A DNA stretch of 37,868 nucleotides from a virus (Duplodnaviria; Caudoviricetes): the IMG/VR virus record IMGVR_UViG_3300031951_000518, positions 1 through 37,868 of that record; one strand, 5' to 3'. Positions 32,855 to 37,868 of this stretch are shown here, one piece after another. Numbering within the stretch: the first letter of the stretch is position 1; each line of letters starts with the position of its first letter. The position numbers and the translations under genes were made by a program. The notes beneath the pieces are model-generated. The model saw only the letters and a program-made list of their open reading frames with translations, made no database searches and was not told where the DNA came from.

Positions 32855-33313
32855 TTATTCTCCTCGCTCGATGATGCCGAGCGCCTTGCGTTCCCGTCTG
32901 CGCGCTTCCATCATTTGCGGCTTGACGATCGCCGGGTCAGTATCGCCATTGGCATAGCAGTCATGAACCGCGTACTCCATGGCACCCCGAATGCCATCGC
33001 GCACGACCGGGATGGGCGAGCCAACCGCAATGCCAACCGACATGGCCACGCGCGGGCAAATCTGCTCCGCGCTTGGTTTCAAGCGGTCAGGCAATTGTGA
33101 TGGCAATTGCCGCTCGGTCAGCCACCGATGCGAATAGGCCCGCATCCGCAGCGGCACGCTTTCCGAGGCCGTGCGCGCGGCGTGAAGTGCTGCCAGCGTA
33201 TCGGCATCAGACTTGGGTTGCGGCAGATGCGGCGAGATCTTCGCCCACAGCGCGCGAATACCCGGCACATCGAGATCCACGAGACAGCGACGAACAGCGG
33301 TTGCAATCGACAT
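32855..33313 (-). CDS. Hypothetical protein
   Basis: 152 aa; tight spacing with neighbours. Confidence 0.7.
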   Translation of the reverse strand: MSIATAVRRCLVDLDVPGIRALWAKISPHLPQPKSDADTLAALHAARTASESVPLRMRAYSHRWLTERQLPSQLPDRLKPSAEQICPRVAMSVGIAVGSPIPVVRDGIRGAMEYAVHDCYANGDTDPAIVKPQMMEARRRERKALGIIERGE

Positions 33314-33317
33314 GTCG

Positions 33318-33749
33318 TCAAGCCAAGGTGATGGTCGTGGCCGTGGAGAGCTGCGGAGTCACCCCGTTGCCAGTGACTATGTTGGGACTCACAGTTCCGT
33401 ACCAAAGCACCGCCGCTGCGCCGCCTCCGCTCTTGCCGGTTGCGAAATGTGTGACCGTGCCAGATCCGCCGGTCCCCGCCGGGAATGAAATTGTTGCTGC
33501 TGGCGAAGTCGACCCGCCAGAAGCCGCGTTCCATCCGGTCGATCGCGCGACGTTCACGCGAGCGTATGACGTATAAGTCGTCTCGTTCGACGAAAGCGTG
33601 CCGCTGTCGGTGTAATCAGCAGTCGCAAGCGCAACGACGATATTCGTTTCCGGCGACGTTGCCGCGTTGTCTGCGTAGTTGGCCCAAGCGGTGGCCCGGA
33701 ACACCAGATTGAGAATAGCGTTTTCGGTTGTGTCGGAAATGGCTGTCAT
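33318..33749 (-). CDS. Putative structural (fibre/minor virion) protein
   Basis: EN.ILN...VAL.TAD...E..YTSYARV.V.R ... I.FP ... THF ... G.TPQ. Confidence 0.65.
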   Translation of the reverse strand: MTAISDTTENAILNLVFRATAWANYADNAATSPETNIVVALATADYTDSGTLSSNETTYTSYARVNVARSTGWNAASGGSTSPAATISFPAGTGGSGTVTHFATGKSGGGAAAVLWYGTVSPNIVTGNGVTPQLSTATTITLA

Positions 33750-33758
33750 AAGTCGCCC

Positions 33759-36056
33759 TCAGTTCATGCTGATGTCATCAAGGCCAGCGATGCGGCCGTC
33801 TTTGTCACGGACAACGGCCATGCGCTTGCGCCGCCCCTGCCCGTCTGCCACGGTGGCAAGCACCGCCTTACTCACCTCGACCTGTTCTGCGACCGTCGCG
33901 GTCATCATCGTCACGGCCTGCGCCATTTCTTGAATGGCGGTCACGGTCGGATCGACGATCGAGCCATCCGGTGCTTCCACCATGCCGGCCTCGCGCGCTG
34001 CTTTCTGCCGATCGATGTCGGCAAGCTCGCGCTTCGATCCCACGGCAAGCTCCCGCTCCTGCATGGCCAGCGCGTTGGCTTCTTGCTTCATCTGCATGTC
34101 GGCGGCATGGGCCTCTTGACGCGATTGCATCTCAAGCGCGGCCATTTGCTGCTTATGCTGGAGTTCGGCGGCGCGCTCTTGCGCCTTCATCTCCATGTCC
34201 ATTCGCGCCGCTTCTTGCTTCATGCCCATTTCAGCTTCGCGCGCCTTGGCGTCGGCTTCGGCTTTGGCTTGCTCGGGCGGCGGCGCTGCGGCCTGTTGAG
34301 CGGCAAACTGTTGAACAAGCTGCGGCATGCGATCAAGCGCGTCCTCAGCTTGCTTGCCCAGGTCAAACTTGCGCGCAAACGCTGCGTAAACGTCCATCAT
34401 CGGCTGCAACAGCGGCGGCACAGTCTGGACCAAAGCGCCAACCGATTGCACAAACTGGCCCGTACCTTCGATGAATTGATTGATCTGCTCAAGAGAGCGG
34501 GTGACATCGCCTCGAACGGTGCTGTCGGTTTCGATGTCGATCCGGTAAGCCCGCATTTCAGGCGACCGTAGGATAGGTTCAGCCATGTGTGCCGGCAGAC
34601 CGGTCATCATGGACAGGTTTTCAACTGAGAAGTGGCGGCAGAAAATATCTGCCTTCATGCGAAACAGATCGCGCGCGACGCGGGCTACTTCCTTTTGCAG
34701 CGACTGAATGCGCAGCCCGGCATAGTTGGCCTTGATCTGCTGCGCCGTGGCGGTTTCGGAGGCGTCCGAAGCGCCGCGCACCACGTCGGCCATGCCTGTG
34801 ACTTCGTAAATGGTCTGTTTAATCTGGTCGCGCTGGACATACAGCTCGCGCAGGGCGAGCACTGTCGGCTCCATCGGGAAATGCGCCAGAGCCTTCTCGA
34901 GCCCGCCGCCCTGCGCAAAGCGGGTGGCATCCGAGGCTGGCAAATATGTGCCGTCCTCAGCCGATGAAAGCGACGCAATGTCAGCCTTCAACTCGCTGTC
35001 ATAGATGCCGCGCACCCGAAGCTGTTTAACGAGCTTGGCAATGCGCTTGGTGATCTGATCCAGCTCGTCCACCAGCGCCCCGTAAATCGTATAGGGGCAG
35101 ATTGGCGTAAGGCTTGTTTCGCGCACAACCGGCTGCAAAGGACGCGGCACCGGGAAAAAGCCCGGAAGCTGCAGCGGGTCAGGTTGAAGCTTGAGCGGCT
35201 GGCTGTCTTTCTTGTCCTCAACGAAAAAGACCGCGCCCGTCTTCTTGTCCCAGATCTCATAAACCTTGACGGTCTTGTAGATGCCGGCGTCCGGTTGCGC
35301 GTCGTCCCCCTTCTTGCCCGTGTTTTCGCCGTCAAGCCTCGCGTCTTCCGCCTTCTCCGGGCCGGCTAGTTCCGCAAGCTCCTCACGGGTCATGTCATGC
35401 TCGAATGCGACCCACGGCACCTTCTCCCATGAGCGGGCCGGGCCACGGATGAAGCGATCCCACGGCACAACCTCGCAGGTCACTTCCTCATATGACTTCT
35501 GGTCGCCTTCAACCGTGGGCTCGTAGCGCACTCGCGGAACACCGCGACCGCTGACCAGCGCCCCGCGAACGGTTGACCGCATTGTCCCGTCAAAGTCGTA
35601 TTGGTCAATGCTGTAGGACAGCGCCCGCTCGATCACGTCCACCACGAGCTTGTGAATGTCCATCTGCGGCTGCTGCGGGGGCATCGCAGGCGGTTGGACC
35701 TGTGGCGGCTGGCCTCCCATCGCTGGGGGCGGCGGGGCTGGCTGCGGGGCGGCCTGCTGCGCGTCGTCGTAGCGTCGGCGGATGTCCGGGATGGGCGATG
35801 AATTATACACCGCCGGCACCATGGTTTCGATGTTCGAATGATAAATGTTGAAGCTGATGTGCTTGGCGCCGGCCTTGCTGATGGCCTCGTCATCGCCTTC
35901 ATAAATGGCAATGGCCCTGGCCGCCTCGGTGCGCCAAGGTTTCTCGTCAAGTTTGGCCTTGGCGATCTTCTTAAGCCACAGATCGGTTGGCCCTATGCCT
36001 TGGGCAAGAGCTTTAACGTCCGTGTCAATCTGTTGGCCGCCGGTCGCGTCAACCAT
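33759..36056 (-). CDS. Portal protein (podovirus type with C-terminal coiled-coil barrel)
   Basis: 765 aa directly after terL; FNI..SN..T..P..Y, IYEVTG..D..RG, ETATAQQIK, IDIETDST; Gln/Glu/Met-rich tail. Confidence 0.88.
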   Translation of the reverse strand: MVDATGGQQIDTDVKALAQGIGPTDLWLKKIAKAKLDEKPWRTEAARAIAIYEGDDEAISKAGAKHISFNIYHSNIETMVPAVYNSSPIPDIRRRYDDAQQAAPQPAPPPPAMGGQPPQVQPPAMPPQQPQMDIHKLVVDVIERALSYSIDQYDFDGTMRSTVRGALVSGRGVPRVRYEPTVEGDQKSYEEVTCEVVPWDRFIRGPARSWEKVPWVAFEHDMTREELAELAGPEKAEDARLDGENTGKKGDDAQPDAGIYKTVKVYEIWDKKTGAVFFVEDKKDSQPLKLQPDPLQLPGFFPVPRPLQPVVRETSLTPICPYTIYGALVDELDQITKRIAKLVKQLRVRGIYDSELKADIASLSSAEDGTYLPASDATRFAQGGGLEKALAHFPMEPTVLALRELYVQRDQIKQTIYEVTGMADVVRGASDASETATAQQIKANYAGLRIQSLQKEVARVARDLFRMKADIFCRHFSVENLSMMTGLPAHMAEPILRSPEMRAYRIDIETDSTVRGDVTRSLEQINQFIEGTGQFVQSVGALVQTVPPLLQPMMDVYAAFARKFDLGKQAEDALDRMPQLVQQFAAQQAAAPPPEQAKAEADAKAREAEMGMKQEAARMDMEMKAQERAAELQHKQQMAALEMQSRQEAHAADMQMKQEANALAMQERELAVGSKRELADIDRQKAAREAGMVEAPDGSIVDPTVTAIQEMAQAVTMMTATVAEQVEVSKAVLATVADGQGRRKRMAVVRDKDGRIAGLDDISMN

Positions 36057-37437
36057 CAGCGAGGCGCTTTCTCTTCTTCAATTCGATGATTTCCCGAACC
36101 GTCATGTTGGCCTGCAAGCGGCCGTCTTTGACTTCGTAAATGAGCTGGTCCTTGCGGGACTTCTCGACTGGCGGCGGCTGCATTGCCTTCCAGGCCATGG
36201 CCATGTAGCGGAAGGCGTCGGCGTAGTGGCTGGTCCAGTCGTGCTTGGGCGTGTTCTTGAAGACCTTTAGTTTCTCGTCATAGTCAGCGCGGTACTGGCG
36301 CAAGGCCTCAATACCGGGTTTGCAACGCAGAGCATCGAACCAGAAGCGCGGGAAGCTCACACGCGCGCCGTTGATGCCGTCCATGATCGTGTGCGCAGGG
36401 ACTAGGTGCGGATCGGTCCCCAACAATTGCAGCGTCTCAACTCGGGTGCGCCCGGTGCCAAGCTCGCGGGCTCGAGCGTCATGAGGCACAAACAGGCGGC
36501 CCCGGTATCCCTTTTCACGCAAGACGGAGACGTAATGGCTCAACGGTTGCGCGTTGTTCTCGTAGCAATCGACAACGCGGACCCCATCGGGAGCAATCTG
36601 GAAGCACCAGATGGCGGTACTGTCGCCGATTCCGAGATCCCATGCCGAATGCACAGGCAATGCCGGATCGACCTCTACAGTTGTAATCCGGCCGGCGCGC
36701 TCAGCTTCTACAATTTCCTTGCCGAAGTAGGCGCCCAACACGGCAGAGTCGAAATTGCATTCTATCTCTTGCTCGTACTGCTCCGGCGTCATGGTGCGGC
36801 GCATGTCGATTAGTTCTTCATCGTCCAGCAGGCCGCTAGTTGAGCCCTGGAGCATGAGGCTAAACCAGCCGTCTATCGTCCTGCTTTCCTCCCACTTCGC
36901 GTGGAAATCGTTGCGGCCTTTGGGGGTGCCGATAAACGTGGCCCATCCCTTGCGGTCTGCGAGCATGGGCCGGATGACTTCAGGCCATGCCGCCGGGTGC
37001 ATATCCCCGTATTCGTCAAGGATCACGCCGTCGAGGTATGCGCCGCGCAACCGATCGTAGTTGTCGGCACCCGCGAGGCGAACGCGGGCCTTGTTGTGTT
37101 CGAACTCAACGTAGAGTTCGCTTTCGTTGAGCTTCACGCCTGGAATGGGCGCGGTGAACCGCTTGATATAGAGCCAAGCCACGTCCTTGGCCTGGTTCCA
37201 GTGAGGCGCCACGTAGGCAAAGCGCCCATCCTGCTTCTTGCACCTCAGCGCCTTGTCCACGAGGTCCATGACGCACGCCACGGTCTTGCCGGCTCGTCTA
37301 TGAGCAACGAGGCACGCCCAACGCTGGCGGCGCTTGTGGAAGTCTATGAACTGTTCGCGAGGCCGATAGCCGAGATCAATGACTTGGTGCGTTCGGCCGT
37401 TGATCGTCGTCGTCTTCAGACGGGACTCCACTTGCAA
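36049..37437 (-). CDS. terL: Terminase large subunit
   Basis: Walker A HRRAGKT, Walker B VILDE, FIGTPKG.N, RNase H-like WDLG.GD and HD..SH.ADA; exact start uncertain. Confidence 0.95.
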   Translation of the reverse strand: MQVESRLKTTTINGRTHQVIDLGYRPREQFIDFHKRRQRWACLVAHRRAGKTVACVMDLVDKALRCKKQDGRFAYVAPHWNQAKDVAWLYIKRFTAPIPGVKLNESELYVEFEHNKARVRLAGADNYDRLRGAYLDGVILDEYGDMHPAAWPEVIRPMLADRKGWATFIGTPKGRNDFHAKWEESRTIDGWFSLMLQGSTSGLLDDEELIDMRRTMTPEQYEQEIECNFDSAVLGAYFGKEIVEAERAGRITTVEVDPALPVHSAWDLGIGDSTAIWCFQIAPDGVRVVDCYENNAQPLSHYVSVLREKGYRGRLFVPHDARARELGTGRTRVETLQLLGTDPHLVPAHTIMDGINGARVSFPRFWFDALRCKPGIEALRQYRADYDEKLKVFKNTPKHDWTSHYADAFRYMAMAWKAMQPPPVEKSRKDQLIYEVKDGRLQANMTVREIIELKKRKRLADG

Positions 37438-37696
37438 CTATGACGGACAGCGGGTTGTCCTGGTCTCCGCTGTGCTCAACTGCGGCAAGGCGCGGGTGCA
37501 CATAAGGTGCTGCGGCCTTGGCAGCTTCGAACCTGTCATCAAACGGCTTCTCTTCGTCGCGAAGCACGTTCAGCATGAACTCGAGCGGCGTGAGCCCATC
37601 AGCAGCGGCACGGGCCAGCATCTCTTGGCGATAGACTGTCGCCTTAGTGACTGATCCCTTCTTTCTTCCCGCGCCGCTGCGCTTGCCACCACGCAC
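37376..37696 (-). CDS. terS: Terminase small subunit
   Basis: RGGKR.GAGRKKGS..K, TPLEFML, AAKAAAPYVHPRL..VEHSG; upstream of terL. Confidence 0.85.
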   Translation of the reverse strand: MRGGKRSGAGRKKGSVTKATVYRQEMLARAAADGLTPLEFMLNVLRDEEKPFDDRFEAAKAAAPYVHPRLAAVEHSGDQDNPLSVIVASGVPSEDDDDQRPNAPSH

Positions 37697-37743
37697 GTTT
37701 GAATTCCTTTGATTTTATTTCAAATAATCAAACGGCTTAGCCG

Positions 37744-37759
37744 CGTTTCACGTGCAACA
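37744..37759. promoter_or_regulatory. parS-like palindrome
   Basis: CGTTTCACGTGCAACA; reverse strand TGTTGCACGTGAAACG matches TGTTNCACGTGAAACA at 15/16; intergenic. Confidence 0.7.
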
Positions 37760-37760
37760 G

Positions 37761-37868
37761 TCACGCGGCCTTAAGCAACTGCTGTACGTCGGGGCGCTCT
37801 GCCCAACGGCGGGTGATTTCATCGGCAAAGATGATTGTGCGGTCCTTACCCTGTGTGGGTTGGGCGGG
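37761..37868 (-). CDS. 3' end of a hypothetical protein (start outside window)
   Basis: Open frame ...KDRTIIFADEITRRWAERPDVQQLLKAA* ending at TGA 37763-37761. Confidence 0.5.
   Translation of the reverse strand, partial: PAQPTQGKDRTIIFADEITRRWAERPDVQQLLKAA

Larger units (their letters stand above)
1..37868. mobile_element. Tailed bacteriophage (podovirus-like morphogenesis, lambdoid early region), near-complete genome; probable alphaproteobacterial host
   Basis: Colinear terS-terL-portal-scaffold-capsid-tail tube-ejection-fibre-lysis genes; no tape measure or sheath gene; cro, replication initiator, ERF; GcrA- and GapR-like genes; no host housekeeping genes. Confidence 0.95.

Noticed and set aside
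37700-37735. IHF site or cos/pac site in the AT-rich TTTGATT...AATCAAA dyad upstream of terS
   Set aside because: Does not fit WATCAANNNNTTR; packaging ends cannot be inferred without read data

Overview
The whole 37.9-kb window is tailed-phage DNA: most of the genome of a podovirus-type phage with lambdoid early genes. The host is most likely alphaproteobacterial, since the phage encodes GcrA-like and GapR-like proteins. Layout: (i) 1-3268 (-) cro-like HTH, gcrA-like, DUF1376 replication initiator with internal 12-bp iterons, putative loader, gapR-like; (ii) 3372-6921 (+) early/recombination operon (ERF, DUF1367, HNH, truncated Xis-like peptide); (iii) 6905-10911 a divergent island of small genes around an AT-rich control region and an HTH gene, ending in a PAPS-reductase-like gene; (iv) 10923-37696 (-) late operon with terminase, portal, a 7-gene fibre-like insert, scaffold, capsid, tail tube/hub, three ejection proteins, tail fibres/spike, endolysin, a ParB-N + ART-like protein and spanins. 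Most notable: a near-consensus chromosomal-type parS site just upstream of terS in a phage with no cI between its divergent early promoters and no integrase after a truncated xis; a small-gene array whose junctions all carry GGAAAGGCC; a tail-spike beta-helix bracketed by in-frame direct repeats with a 40-bp perfect core; and a ParB/ADP-ribosyltransferase-like protein inside the lysis cassette. All protein family calls come from motif recognition by eye, not database searches. Both ends cut through ORFs, so genes called absent could lie outside the window.
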